In this document: positions 27,805-37,571 of the stretch, one piece after another | Layout of the letters: every line of letters begins with the position of its first letter | How positions within the stretch are numbered: the first letter of the stretch is position 1 | Assembly: GCA_003151625.1 (NCBI GenBank) | Contig: PLYC01000020.1 | Span: 28,981 to 92,980, forward strand | DNA: 64,000 bases | Source: Candidatus Doudnabacteria bacterium | GTDB lineage: Bacteria; Patescibacteriota; Doudnabacteria; UBA920 | Reading direction: 5' to 3' | Position numbers and translations under genes: made by a program | The notes under the pieces: generated by a model | Databases searched by the model: none | What the model saw: the letters and a program-made list of their open reading frames with translations, nothing else | Told to the model about the DNA's origin: nothing

Positions 27805-28833
27805 ATGAAAAAAATTGTTATTATTCCGGCAAAAAATGAGGAATGGATATTAGTAAAAACTCTTGAAGCCATGAGCCTTTTTGCCGACCATATTATTGTC
27901 GCCGACGCCAATTCTTGGGATCGCACTAAAGAAATTTGCCTAAAATTCCCAAAAGTTGTTTGGGTGGAAGCGGAAAAGGAATTTTCCACCACCGAAAATC
28001 GCAGGCAAATTTTAATAAACAAAGCCAGGGAATTCGGTTCCGATAACCTGATTTTTGCTTTTGACGCCGATGAAATACCAACGGCCAATATTTTTTTCGA
28101 CCAAAAATTTTGGGAGACGGTAAATAATTTAAAACCCGGCCGGAGTTTGGCTTTGGCCTGGGTCATGCTGTGGAAATCGGCTACTCATTACCGAGTGGAT
28201 AAATCGGTTTGGACCGATAATTATAAACCGGTAATTTTTCGCGACGACGGCAAGACCAATTATGCCCCCGGAAATGTGCACGAAAGCCGAGTGCCTGCAG
28301 GCTTTGACGAAACGGCCGTGAATTACGAGGCGGTAAAAATTTTGCATTACAGTTTTGCGCTTTGGGACAGAATGCTTTCCAAGCAAGCTCATTGGCGGAT
28401 AATGGAGTTTTTAAAAATGGGCCGCAGCCCGCTCAAAATAAATTTTCGTTATGGGATTACCAAAGAAGAAAAAGGCATAAAACTCGCCGCCCTGCCCGAA
28501 ACTTGGGTTGGTGTTTACAAAGAAAAGGGGATAGACGTTAATCATTTTGACGACCGGCAGCTATATTGGTTTGATGTGGAGGTATTGCGCCTGTTTGAAA
28601 AAAATGGCGCGGCACATTTCCGCTGGCTGGATATTTGGGATATAAACTGGGAACAAAAAAGGACAAAAGCTTTGGCGCTGAGTTATGCCGGAGTCCCTAA
28701 AAATCCAATTAAGGATCCAAGAGGAGCGGTAATTAAGTTTTATCATTGGCTGTTAAGGTTGTTGCCCATTGGGACAATCCTTGCCTGGTACAGCTCACTT
28801 AAAGGCGTTTTTACAAGACATGGAAAAGCATAA
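27805..28833 (+). CDS. GT-A fold glycosyltransferase (Glyco_tranf_2_4-like)
   Basis: 342 aa; IVIIPAKNEEWILVKTLEAMSLFADHIIVADANSWDRT resembles the ..KNE..yi.EW..yh.. motif of the Glyco_tranf_2_4 family. Confidence 0.5.
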   Translation: MKKIVIIPAKNEEWILVKTLEAMSLFADHIIVADANSWDRTKEICLKFPKVVWVEAEKEFSTTENRRQILINKAREFGSDNLIFAFDADEIPTANIFFDQKFWETVNNLKPGRSLALAWVMLWKSATHYRVDKSVWTDNYKPVIFRDDGKTNYAPGNVHESRVPAGFDETAVNYEAVKILHYSFALWDRMLSKQAHWRIMEFLKMGRSPLKINFRYGITKEEKGIKLAALPETWVGVYKEKGIDVNHFDDRQLYWFDVEVLRLFEKNGAAHFRWLDIWDINWEQKRTKALALSYAGVPKNPIKDPRGAVIKFYHWLLRLLPIGTILAWYSSLKGVFTRHGKA

Positions 28834-30037
28834 TATATTATTTTTTCACGAATCAGGCCTTTTTTACGGCAGTACGGAAAAACTTCTCCAATTATTTGCC
28901 AAACATTTGGCAGGGGGATTTAACGTTTATTTTGCTTACAGTCCAAAATTAGGCGAACAGCAAAAAAGTTTTTTGGGAAATACAGATGTTAAGATGGTGC
29001 CGTTTAGTATTGCCGAAAAACAACAATATGAGCCATATACCCTTTTTGGGATGGAGCCGGATTTAGCAGCCATTATTTTTGACAATCGTATTGAGTGTGT
29101 AATCACAATTGTCTCTGCCCATTATCAATTTCCCATTAACGCAATACCCGCCAGTATTCCGGTAGTTCTTATTTCGCCGTTCGGCCATTGGGCAACTAAC
29201 GGAGCGGTATTTAAAACTTACGTTTCAGGGGTAGAAAATCTTGAACGTTTAAAAAAACGCGGAGTTAAAAGCGCGGAAATGCTGTTTAATCCGTTGGAAG
29301 ATTTTTCTGCGGAAGTTTTACATAAAGAATTGGTAGGGGACAAAGTAGTCTTTGGCAGGATAGGTAGGGGGGATGATCAAATTTTTGACCCCATCGCAGT
29401 TTACGCATTTAAAAAACTAGAAGAAAAGTATGGTGAAAAAGTTAAATATATAGTTGCTAATCCATCGTCTGGCTGGATAAAGTTGGCTAATCAGTTGGGA
29501 ATAAGACAAATGGAGTTCCTGCCGAGGTTAAACGAACAGGAGTTAGCGCAGTTTTACCATAATATAGATATATTCGCGCATGCGCGAAAGGATGGCGAGA
29601 CAATAGGGATTGCCATTGCAGAGGCAATGATGGCCGGCAACCCTATAGTTACACATAAATCCCATTTTCATAATGAGCATTTAAGATTATTGGACGTATC
29701 CTTTGCGCGCTGGTGCGAGGTTGATGATGTTGAGGCTTATTTTAAGAATATGGAATGGTTTGTCGAACACAAAGAAAAAATTAGAGAAATGGGAGCGCTA
29801 GCCCGCAAAAAATCGCTTTCCATTTTTGGCATGGATGTCCAGTTACCCGAGTTCACTAAGACTATTACAGAGGCTTGTAAGAAATGCACGCATTATAATG
29901 GTAAGTGGGCAACGGTCAAAGGTTACGCTAGGCTTTATTGGGAAAATTTTAAAGTTACTCCGTTCAGGATCGGCAAAATGCTGACAAATAAATTTCCCGG
30001 AACATACAAAATATTAAGAAAATTTTATTATGAATAA
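28820..30037 (+). CDS. GT4-like glycosyltransferase (GT-B fold)
   Basis: About 405 aa from ATG 28820 (MEKHNILFFHESG..); C-terminal HARKDGETIGIAIAEAMMAGNPIVTH matches the GT4 E-x7-E region; the track start at 28769 overlaps the previous gene. Confidence 0.5.
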   Translation: MEKHNILFFHESGLFYGSTEKLLQLFAKHLAGGFNVYFAYSPKLGEQQKSFLGNTDVKMVPFSIAEKQQYEPYTLFGMEPDLAAIIFDNRIECVITIVSAHYQFPINAIPASIPVVLISPFGHWATNGAVFKTYVSGVENLERLKKRGVKSAEMLFNPLEDFSAEVLHKELVGDKVVFGRIGRGDDQIFDPIAVYAFKKLEEKYGEKVKYIVANPSSGWIKLANQLGIRQMEFLPRLNEQELAQFYHNIDIFAHARKDGETIGIAIAEAMMAGNPIVTHKSHFHNEHLRLLDVSFARWCEVDDVEAYFKNMEWFVEHKEKIREMGALARKKSLSIFGMDVQLPEFTKTITEACKKCTHYNGKWATVKGYARLYWENFKVTPFRIGKMLTNKFPGTYKILRKFYYE

Positions 30038-30103
30038 GCCCCGCACCACTTTTTTGTTATAATGGTGGCTAGAAGTAAATTTTACAATATAAATTTTATT
30101 AAA

Positions 30104-30664
30104 ATGGATAATAAATTGGGAAAAGTGGTGCGGGGTAAAGCCGTATTTTGGGACAGGGACGGGGTGTTAAACCACGTGGAAGAACACCGTGCTGACGGGA
30201 AAAAATTTGTTTCACCCCAAAAATTTGAAAATTTTAAATTAATCCCGGACGTGGCCGGGGTTTTGGACTATGTAAAAGCCAAAGGTTATTTGAATATTAT
30301 TGCCACCAAACAACCGGATATTGCCCGCAGTAAAATGTCCTGGGAAGAATTGAATAAGATGCACGATTTTTTAAAGGCCAATGTTCCGTCCATTGACGCC
30401 ATCTATATTTGTCCCCACGACGACAAAGACAATTGCAATTGCCGCAAGCCCAAGCCCGGCCTTTTGCTGGATGCTGCCAAAGATTACCATCTTAATCTTT
30501 CGCAGTGCTTTATGGTCGGGGACAGTCAAAACGACATAGACGCAGGCAAAAACGCGGGCAGCGTAAAAACCATTCTTATTGCCGCGCCTTACAACAAAGG
30601 GGTGGTTAATTTTGATTTTAAGGTAAACAGTTCGAAAGAAATAAAAAAGATAATAAGTTTGTAA
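30104..30664 (+). CDS. gmhB: D-glycero-D-manno-heptose 1,7-bisphosphate phosphatase (GmhB, HAD-IIIA)
   Basis: About 186 aa from ATG 30104; AVFWDRDGVLN (DxDG motif), Zn-binding C..H...C.C.RKPKPGL, GDSQNDIDAG. Confidence 0.75.
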   Translation: MDNKLGKVVRGKAVFWDRDGVLNHVEEHRADGKKFVSPQKFENFKLIPDVAGVLDYVKAKGYLNIIATKQPDIARSKMSWEELNKMHDFLKANVPSIDAIYICPHDDKDNCNCRKPKPGLLLDAAKDYHLNLSQCFMVGDSQNDIDAGKNAGSVKTILIAAPYNKGVVNFDFKVNSSKEIKKIISL

Positions 30665-30721
30665 AGCCGTATAAAATATGGTAAAATTAACCGGTAAATC
30701 ATTCATTTTTCGGTTAAAAAC

Positions 30722-31657
30722 ATGGATAAAAAAGTTGTTATTACCGGCGTGGCTGGGTTTATTGGAAGCAATTTGGCCGACCGGCTTTTGGCGGAAGGAT
30801 TTGAAGTTTTTGGAATTGACAACCTTTCTCACGGCATAAAAGATCAGGTTCCGGCAGGAGTAAAATTTTACCCGTTTGATATTAGGTCCCGGGACATATA
30901 CCCGCTTTTTGCAGGGGCAGAAGCGGTTTTTCATCTGGCCGCAAAAAACTGCATTTCCGATTGCGAGAAAGACCCGGCGGAAACCGCGGATATAAATGTG
31001 CGCGGTACTGTTAATGTTTTGGAAGCTTCAAAAAACGCAAAAGTAAAAAAAGTTATTTTGGCTGAAAGTTCCGCGGTGTACGAAGGGACGGATGTCTTTC
31101 CCACGCCAGAATCCGCGCCGGCAGCGCCAATTAGCTTTTACGCGGACAGCAAAATGGCCACGCATTTTTTTGCCCAAAGCTTTAGCCAAAATCACGGCCT
31201 TCCGGTAACCTCGGTGCGCTATTTTAATGTTTACGGTCCCAGGCAGGATTTCCGTAGGACCGAGCGCCCCATAATGAGCGAATTTATTATCCAGTTGTTA
31301 ACCGGAAAAAAACCGGTTTTGTACGGTAAAGGGCTTCGGAGTAAAGATTATATTTATATAGACGACGTAAACGATTTTCATTTGGAAATTTTAAAAAACG
31401 AAAAGGCTGACGGCAGGACATTTAACGTGGGTAGCGGACAGGCGGTTACTTATAAAGAGCTTTTGGAAACCCTGCAGGATATTTTAAAAACCAACATAGA
31501 GCCCGAGCAAAGGCCGTCATTGACCGGCGGGGTATTAAAAACTCAGGCCGATATTACAAGTGCCAAAGCTTTAGGCTGGGTTCCCAAAACACCCCTTAGG
31601 GAAGGCCTGCTAAAAAGCATTGAGTATATTAAAAAAGAAGTTCTGTCTAAAATATGA
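30722..31657 (+). CDS. NAD-dependent sugar-nucleotide epimerase/dehydratase (SDR extended family; candidate GDP-heptose 4,6-dehydratase/epimerase)
   Basis: 311 aa; VVITGVAGFIGSNLADRLL Rossmann motif, YADSK catalytic YxxxK. Confidence 0.7.
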   Translation: MDKKVVITGVAGFIGSNLADRLLAEGFEVFGIDNLSHGIKDQVPAGVKFYPFDIRSRDIYPLFAGAEAVFHLAAKNCISDCEKDPAETADINVRGTVNVLEASKNAKVKKVILAESSAVYEGTDVFPTPESAPAAPISFYADSKMATHFFAQSFSQNHGLPVTSVRYFNVYGPRQDFRRTERPIMSEFIIQLLTGKKPVLYGKGLRSKDYIYIDDVNDFHLEILKNEKADGRTFNVGSGQAVTYKELLETLQDILKTNIEPEQRPSLTGGVLKTQADITSAKALGWVPKTPLREGLLKSIEYIKKEVLSKI

Positions 31658-32379
31658 AAACAGTAATTATTGCCGGAGGGCTCAGCACCAGGCTTCGTCC
31701 GTTAACCAATTTCACGCCAAAGCCGTTGCTCGAAATTAACGGCAAGAAAATTTTGGATAGGACTTTGGAGCAGTTAATGCTGGCAGGTATTGACAACGTG
31801 ATTTTAAATATTGGCTACTTGTCCGAACAGTTCCAAAAATATTATGGCGACGGCCACGGGGCAGGCCTTAAAATAGAATATTTTTTGGAACAGGAATTAA
31901 ACGGTACGGCCGGCGCGGTAAAAAAAATGGCCGGCATCCTTGGCGACGAACAGATTTTGGTGGTTTACGGCGATAATTTGTTTAATATGGACTTTAAAAA
32001 AATAATCCAAAAGCCTTTGGCAAAAGAGTCGCTTGGAAGGATAATCTTGTTTGACCGGACTAAAAGCGCTTACAGCGGAATAGCCGGCGGAGCGGTGGTG
32101 CTAGATGAACACGGGATGATACAAAAGTTTATTGAAGGCCCGGAGAGCGCGGAACTTCCTTTGGTAAATGCCGGGGCTTACCTGCTGAAGCCTGAAATTT
32201 TAAATTATATTCCGGAAGGTGCCGCCTGCGATTTTGGCAAACATCTTTTTCCGCTGGTTTTAGAGGCAGGTAAAAAAATTGAAGGTTATGTTATTTTTTC
32301 GGAAGAATCCGTTTTTGGCATAGACACGCTGCAAACATTGGAAACCACCAAAAATTATTATTTAAAAAACAAATTATGA
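31654..32379 (+). CDS. D-glycero-alpha-D-manno-heptose 1-phosphate guanylyltransferase-like nucleotidyltransferase (HddC-like)
   Basis: 241 aa; MKTVIIAGGLSTRLRPLTNFTPKPLLEINGKKIL (G.G.R..P.T...PKP); ATGA start/stop overlap with upstream gene. Confidence 0.65.
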   Translation: MKTVIIAGGLSTRLRPLTNFTPKPLLEINGKKILDRTLEQLMLAGIDNVILNIGYLSEQFQKYYGDGHGAGLKIEYFLEQELNGTAGAVKKMAGILGDEQILVVYGDNLFNMDFKKIIQKPLAKESLGRIILFDRTKSAYSGIAGGAVVLDEHGMIQKFIEGPESAELPLVNAGAYLLKPEILNYIPEGAACDFGKHLFPLVLEAGKKIEGYVIFSEESVFGIDTLQTLETTKNYYLKNKL

Positions 32380-33377
32380 TAATTACCAGGACACCGTTTC
32401 GCGTCCCGCTTGGGGGAGGGGGAACCGATTTGCCGGGGTTTTACAAAAAGCACGGCGGGTTTATTTTTAGCGCTACCATAGACAAGTACATGTACCTGAC
32501 GCTTAACCGTCCGGTGCTTGATTCTTTAATCAGAATTAAATATTCCGATTCGGAAACCGTTGCTTCAGTGAATGAAATTAAGCACGAGTTGGCGCGGGAA
32601 GCGCTAAGAATAACCGGCGTTTTGGACAGTGTTGAGGTAACATCTTTTGCCGACCTGCCCTCCGGTACAGGAATGGGGTCTTCTTCCAGTTATTTAATTG
32701 GGTTGCTTAAAGCATTGCATGTCATGCAAAGAACCGAAATGAGCGCGGAAGCTTTGGCCGAGGAGGCCTGCCATATTGAAATGGAAATTTTAAAAAGTCC
32801 GGTCGGCAAGCAGGACCAATACTTGGCCGCCTTTGGCGGATTTGTGGAAATGCACATTGGCAAAGACGGCAAAGTGGAAGTTAAGCGCCCAAAAATTAGC
32901 CTGGATACCACGGAAGAATTGCGCTTTAAAGTGGGAATATTTTTTACCAACAAGTTCCATAAGACTTCGGAAATTTTAAGCGGCCAAAACCGCGAAGCCG
33001 CGGTTGCGGAAAGCCAGGTGGAAAAGGCATTGCTGAGAATTAAGGAAATCGGGCTGCAGATAAAAAGTGAAATGGAAAAGGGTGACCTTTCCAATTTTGG
33101 AAAACTGCTGGATGAGCACTGGAAAGTAAAGAAAACTATGTCCAATAAAATTTCTGACCCTGAGCTCGATAAAATTTATGAGCTGGCTAAACAGCACGGA
33201 GCCGAAGGCGGCAAAATTATGGGCAGCGGCGGCGGCGGTTTGTTCTTCTTTTTCTGTCCCGAAGGCAAAAAGAAAATAAAAAATGTTTTGGAACAGCAAG
33301 GGCTGCGGGAGATGCCGTACGACTTTGAATCCGAAGGGTCAAAAGTGCTTTTAAATATTTACCAACAGCCGTTATAA
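32376..33377 (+). CDS. GHMP-family D-glycero-alpha-D-manno-heptose 7-phosphate kinase (HddA-like)
   Basis: 333 aa; MIITRTPFRVPLGGGGTDLPGFYKKHGGFIFSATIDKYMYL matches HddA N-terminus; GHMP motif PSGTGMGSSSS. Confidence 0.75.
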   Translation: MIITRTPFRVPLGGGGTDLPGFYKKHGGFIFSATIDKYMYLTLNRPVLDSLIRIKYSDSETVASVNEIKHELAREALRITGVLDSVEVTSFADLPSGTGMGSSSSYLIGLLKALHVMQRTEMSAEALAEEACHIEMEILKSPVGKQDQYLAAFGGFVEMHIGKDGKVEVKRPKISLDTTEELRFKVGIFFTNKFHKTSEILSGQNREAAVAESQVEKALLRIKEIGLQIKSEMEKGDLSNFGKLLDEHWKVKKTMSNKISDPELDKIYELAKQHGAEGGKIMGSGGGGLFFFFCPEGKKKIKNVLEQQGLREMPYDFESEGSKVLLNIYQQPL

Positions 33378-33380
33378 ATT

Positions 33381-34247
33381 ATGGAGTCTCCCAAAGATTT
33401 TAAAAATAAAGTTGTGGTTATTACCGGCGGGGCCGGGGGGATTGGGCAAGCCGTGTCAGCAGGCTTTGGTTTTTTGGGTGCCAGAATAATTATTCTGGGA
33501 AAGTCACGGGGGAATTTTAAAATCCTGCAAAAAAACCTGGGCAAAAAAATTAAACTTGAATTTTATGCTGTGGAAGTTAGCAAGGAACGGCAGGTTTGGG
33601 AGGCGGTTAAAAAAATTATTGCCAAGCATCATAAAATAGATGTGTTAATTAACGCGGCCGGAATTTTAGGGCCGGTGGGGCAATTTCATACCAATCCTCT
33701 TAAAGACTGGAGCAGGGTCATTAGCGTAAATTTAATCGGCACCGCTAATGTTTGCCACGCGGTGCTGCCTTATATGGTAAAACAAAAACAGGGAAAAATT
33801 ATTAATTTTTCCGGCGGCGGATCTGTGAATCCGTTCCCGAATTTCAGCGGCTACGCGGTTTCCAAAGCTGCCATTGTCCGGTTTACGGAAAATCTCGCTG
33901 CGGAGTACAGGGCCAGTAATATCCAGGTTAACGCGGTGGCGCCCGGCGCGGTGAATACCAAGTTTTTAAAAAACACGCTGGCGGCAGGTAAAAAACAAGC
34001 CGGGGAAAGCTATTACACTAAAGCTTTGGCCCAAAAACAGAATGGTGGCGATTCACCGCTTTTGGCGGCCGGACTTATTGATTTTTTATGCCGGCCGGAC
34101 AACCTTTTAACCGGCAAGTTAATTAGCGCGAAGTGGGACGACTGGAAAAAATTCACGGCAAAAGATATAGAGCTGTTAAACAACAATTCGGAATATACTT
34201 TAAGGAGAATAGACAATCAATTTTTTAAAGAGATAAAAAAGTCATGA
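33381..34247 (+). CDS. short-chain dehydrogenase/reductase (SDR)
   Basis: 288 aa; VVVITGGAGGIGQAV and YAVSKAA (YxxxK). Confidence 0.7.
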   Translation: MESPKDFKNKVVVITGGAGGIGQAVSAGFGFLGARIIILGKSRGNFKILQKNLGKKIKLEFYAVEVSKERQVWEAVKKIIAKHHKIDVLINAAGILGPVGQFHTNPLKDWSRVISVNLIGTANVCHAVLPYMVKQKQGKIINFSGGGSVNPFPNFSGYAVSKAAIVRFTENLAAEYRASNIQVNAVAPGAVNTKFLKNTLAAGKKQAGESYYTKALAQKQNGGDSPLLAAGLIDFLCRPDNLLTGKLISAKWDDWKKFTAKDIELLNNNSEYTLRRIDNQFFKEIKKS

Positions 34248-35266
34248 AAAATTTAAAAGTCGCAATAATTGGCGCGGGCTTTATTGGCAAAAAACGGGCG
34301 GATTCAATTAAGGAATTGGGGCAGGACAAAATTGTCGGCGTTTATGACATTGACCCGGCCAGGTGCAGCGCTTTGGCGGAATATTGCAAAGTACCCACGT
34401 TTAATAATTTAAAAGATTTGTTAAATATAGACGGACTCGACGCCGTAATTATTGCCACTTTCCCCAAAGCCGCCGTGGGTTTGGTTAAGCTGGCATTAAA
34501 GCACAAAAAGCACGTGTTGGTGGAAAAGCCGTTGGGGTACAACAGCAAAGACGCCAAGGAAGTGGCGCGACTGGTAAAATCTTCCGGGAAATTGCTCAAA
34601 GTGGGTTTTAACCATCGCTACCATCCTGCTGTCAGTTTGGCGCACAAACTTTTTAAGGAAGGCGAGATCGGCAAAATTATGCACATCCGCGCGGTATATG
34701 GGCATGGCGCACGTCCGGGTTACGATTTGGAATGGAGGATGCAAAAGAAATTCAGCCGCGGCGGCGAACTTTTTGACCAAGGAGTGCATGTTATAGATAT
34801 GGCGCATTGGTTTTTGGGGGACTTTTCCAAAGCGCAGGCCATTTTGCAAAATTCTTTTTGGAAAAAAAGCCCGTTTGAGGACAACGCCTTTTGCCTGCTC
34901 CAAACCGCAAAAGGGCAAACCGCGCAATTCCATGTCAGCATTACCGAATGGAAAAATAAATTTGTTTTTGAAATTTTCGGCGAAAAGGGGTATTTGTTCA
35001 TTAACGGCCTGGGCAGGAGTTACGGGGCGGAGACTTTAACTTTGGGACAGGAAGAGAAGCTCGGCAGGCCGTATAAAGAAAAGCAGTGGGTGTTCCCGCC
35101 GGAAGATATTTCCTGGAAAAAAGAATGGGAAGATTTTCGCGCTATGAGCTTGGGCAAAAAATCGTTTGAAGTTGCGGCCAAAGAAAACATCGCGGTAATG
35201 AAATCCCTGGATGCTTTGTATAAATCCGGACAGCAACATAAAATAATCACAATACCAAATAATTAA
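34244..35266 (+). CDS. Gfo/Idh/MocA-family sugar oxidoreductase
   Basis: 340 aa; LKVAIIGAGFIGKKRADS N-terminal NAD-binding motif; EKPLG motif. Confidence 0.7.
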   Translation: MKNLKVAIIGAGFIGKKRADSIKELGQDKIVGVYDIDPARCSALAEYCKVPTFNNLKDLLNIDGLDAVIIATFPKAAVGLVKLALKHKKHVLVEKPLGYNSKDAKEVARLVKSSGKLLKVGFNHRYHPAVSLAHKLFKEGEIGKIMHIRAVYGHGARPGYDLEWRMQKKFSRGGELFDQGVHVIDMAHWFLGDFSKAQAILQNSFWKKSPFEDNAFCLLQTAKGQTAQFHVSITEWKNKFVFEIFGEKGYLFINGLGRSYGAETLTLGQEEKLGRPYKEKQWVFPPEDISWKKEWEDFRAMSLGKKSFEVAAKENIAVMKSLDALYKSGQQHKIITIPNN

Positions 35267-35276
35267 ATTTAAAAAT

Positions 35277-35882
35277 ATGGCTAACGAATTTATTTCCACG
35301 TATTTGTCCGAAGTTTCCGGGATTGCCCAAAAAATCAACCAGGAATCGGTAAACAAATTAGCGGAGCTTCTTGTGGAAGTCAGGGGACGCGGGGGTAGGC
35401 TGTTTATTTTGGGAGTAGGGGGCAGCGCGGGCAACGCTTCCCACGCCGTAAATGATTTCAGGAAAATTACGGGCATTGAAGCCTACGCTCCAACAGACAA
35501 TGTCTCCGAGCTGACGGCCCGGACAAACGACGAAGGCTGGGAAAGCGTGTTTGCCGCGTGGCTCAAAGGCAGCAGGCTTTGCGCCAAGGACATGGTTTTG
35601 GTTTTCTCGGTCGGCGGCGGCAACGCGAAAAAAAACGTCAGCGCGAATTTAGTCTCCGCGCTTAAGCTTGCCAAGCAGGTTGGTGCGGCAGTTGGCGGCA
35701 TAGTCGGCCCAAAGGGCGGCTACACAGCGGAGGTTGCCGATGCCTGTGTTATAATTCCAGAAGCCGATGCCTCGCGCATTACTCCTCATTCCGAAAGTTT
35801 CCAGGCTGTTATTTGGCATTTATTGGTCTCCGACCCGAGGCTGAAAACGACCCAAACCAAATGGGAGTCATTGGCAAAGTAG
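35277..35882 (+). CDS. gmhA: D-sedoheptulose 7-phosphate isomerase (GmhA, SIS domain)
   Basis: 201 aa; LFILGVGGSAGNASHAVNDFRK and VFSVGGGN SIS-domain motifs typical of GmhA. Confidence 0.75.
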   Translation: MANEFISTYLSEVSGIAQKINQESVNKLAELLVEVRGRGGRLFILGVGGSAGNASHAVNDFRKITGIEAYAPTDNVSELTARTNDEGWESVFAAWLKGSRLCAKDMVLVFSVGGGNAKKNVSANLVSALKLAKQVGAAVGGIVGPKGGYTAEVADACVIIPEADASRITPHSESFQAVIWHLLVSDPRLKTTQTKWESLAK

Positions 35883-35903
35883 ATTATATTATTAAAATAT
35901 ATT

Positions 35904-36806
35904 ATGTATAAAGCAGTCTACGCTTTTTTGAATTTTATTGGAGCGGTAACCGGAAAGAAATTCATTTATATTCCCAAATCCAGGTCCGGTAAATACAATA
36001 CCGCCGTAAAATCTGACCTGGGATTTTGGTATGCGGGCAATATTATGTCGCAGTCGGACATAGCCTACGGAATCCTGTATAACGGCATAACCGAGCAATC
36101 TGGCACCGACTTGGTAAAAATTTGCCTGCAAAATTTAATCGAAAGCGGTAAAAATATTTGTTTTTACGATATTGGCGCTAATACCGGATATTATGGGATT
36201 TTGGCCGCTTTTATGGGCAAAGGCAAAATAATAAGCCACGCATTTGAACCTGTGGAGGAATTTACAAAAGTTGAACAGGATTCAGTATTTTTGAACCGTC
36301 TTGAAAATTGTTGTTTTGTTCATAACATGGCAATTGGAAATGAGAATAAGAAAACTGAAATTTTTGTTGTAGGCACCGGAACAACATTAATAAAGGATTT
36401 TTTGGGCGGCGAGAAAGCGAAAAAAAGGGAAGTACAGCAGGTTAGGCTGGACGACTTTGCGGTCCAAGAAAATTTGACCAATCCAGATTTTATAAAAATT
36501 GACGTTGAAGGTTTTGAATGCGAGGTATTTTTGGGAAGCCTTGGTTTAATAAAAAAAAGTCTGCCGATAATCTGGTATGAATCGGCCTCTGAGCTGAAAA
36601 ATCGGCATTTTAAAAATGAACATTTTTTGGAAAGCCAAAAATTATTGCAAGACGCAGGATACGAAATTTTTGCCTGCCGCGAAAGTGATTTGGTTTCCGT
36701 AGCCGGTATTGAAAAATTTGATGATATTGCAATGTATCTGGCTCTCCATAAAGAAAAACACCAATCACTAAGGAAGATTTTACAGGCCAAGTACAACCTG
36801 TCTTAG
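35904..36806 (+). CDS. FkbM-family methyltransferase
   Basis: 300 aa; ICFYDIGANTGYYGILAAFMGKGKIISHAFEP core FkbM motif. Confidence 0.65.
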   Translation: MYKAVYAFLNFIGAVTGKKFIYIPKSRSGKYNTAVKSDLGFWYAGNIMSQSDIAYGILYNGITEQSGTDLVKICLQNLIESGKNICFYDIGANTGYYGILAAFMGKGKIISHAFEPVEEFTKVEQDSVFLNRLENCCFVHNMAIGNENKKTEIFVVGTGTTLIKDFLGGEKAKKREVQQVRLDDFAVQENLTNPDFIKIDVEGFECEVFLGSLGLIKKSLPIIWYESASELKNRHFKNEHFLESQKLLQDAGYEIFACRESDLVSVAGIEKFDDIAMYLALHKEKHQSLRKILQAKYNLS

Positions 36807-36850
36807 GGGAAGGGGATAGAAGTAATTAAAAAATAAAACAATTTGGGATT

Positions 36851-37525
36851 ATGGTAATTAAAAATTTTTTTAAAAAAATTTCCGCACGGTTTCAAACCAG
36901 TAAAGAAAGCTATAGGCGCCACAACGCCGAATTTTTAGTGAAGGGCAAATTGGAGAGTGAGCGTTTGGGTGTAAAGCGGCTAAAAGAGCAGGATATGTTT
37001 AGCCATCCGGATAATAAATTCGGCTTTCTGCTTAATAAATACCCCAATGTTCGCGGCTTTGCCGTTGATATTGGGTCAGGCAACGGCTGGCTTTCCGCCG
37101 AGTTATCTGCGTATTTTAAGAAGGTCATAGGAATTGAGCCTTCAAAAATGGGGATTGAAATCGCGAAACAATTATTTCCTCTATCTAGCTATCCTCAAAT
37201 TGAATGGAAGGAGGGGTTTGCCGAAGAAGTACTGCCCACTCTTAATTTTTCCGAACCTGTGCTGTTTGTTACCGGGTGCGTATTAAGTCATTTACGGGAT
37301 AAAGAAGTCGCGGATATTTGTAGGGTGATTAACGACAAAGCGCCGGTTGGTTCTATTCTCGGGTTTAGCGAATGCTGGGGCGAAGAGTGGCACCAAATAC
37401 GCTGGCATGTAAGAACCAAAGAGTGGTGGCAGAAAAATTTAAATAATTGGGACATTGACTTCCACGGACCCCAGGTGGAAGTGCCTGGGCGCCATAAAGG
37501 CTTTCACGCCGTAAAGGTAAAGTGA
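36851..37525 (+). CDS. class I SAM-dependent methyltransferase
   Basis: 224 aa; GFAVDIGSGNGWLSAELSAYFKKVIGIEPS (motif I). Confidence 0.6.
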   Translation: MVIKNFFKKISARFQTSKESYRRHNAEFLVKGKLESERLGVKRLKEQDMFSHPDNKFGFLLNKYPNVRGFAVDIGSGNGWLSAELSAYFKKVIGIEPSKMGIEIAKQLFPLSSYPQIEWKEGFAEEVLPTLNFSEPVLFVTGCVLSHLRDKEVADICRVINDKAPVGSILGFSECWGEEWHQIRWHVRTKEWWQKNLNNWDIDFHGPQVEVPGRHKGFHAVKVK

Positions 37526-37571
37526 AAAGGGAATTAAGATATTTGGAAATTGGTGAAATTGATTTAAAAGC

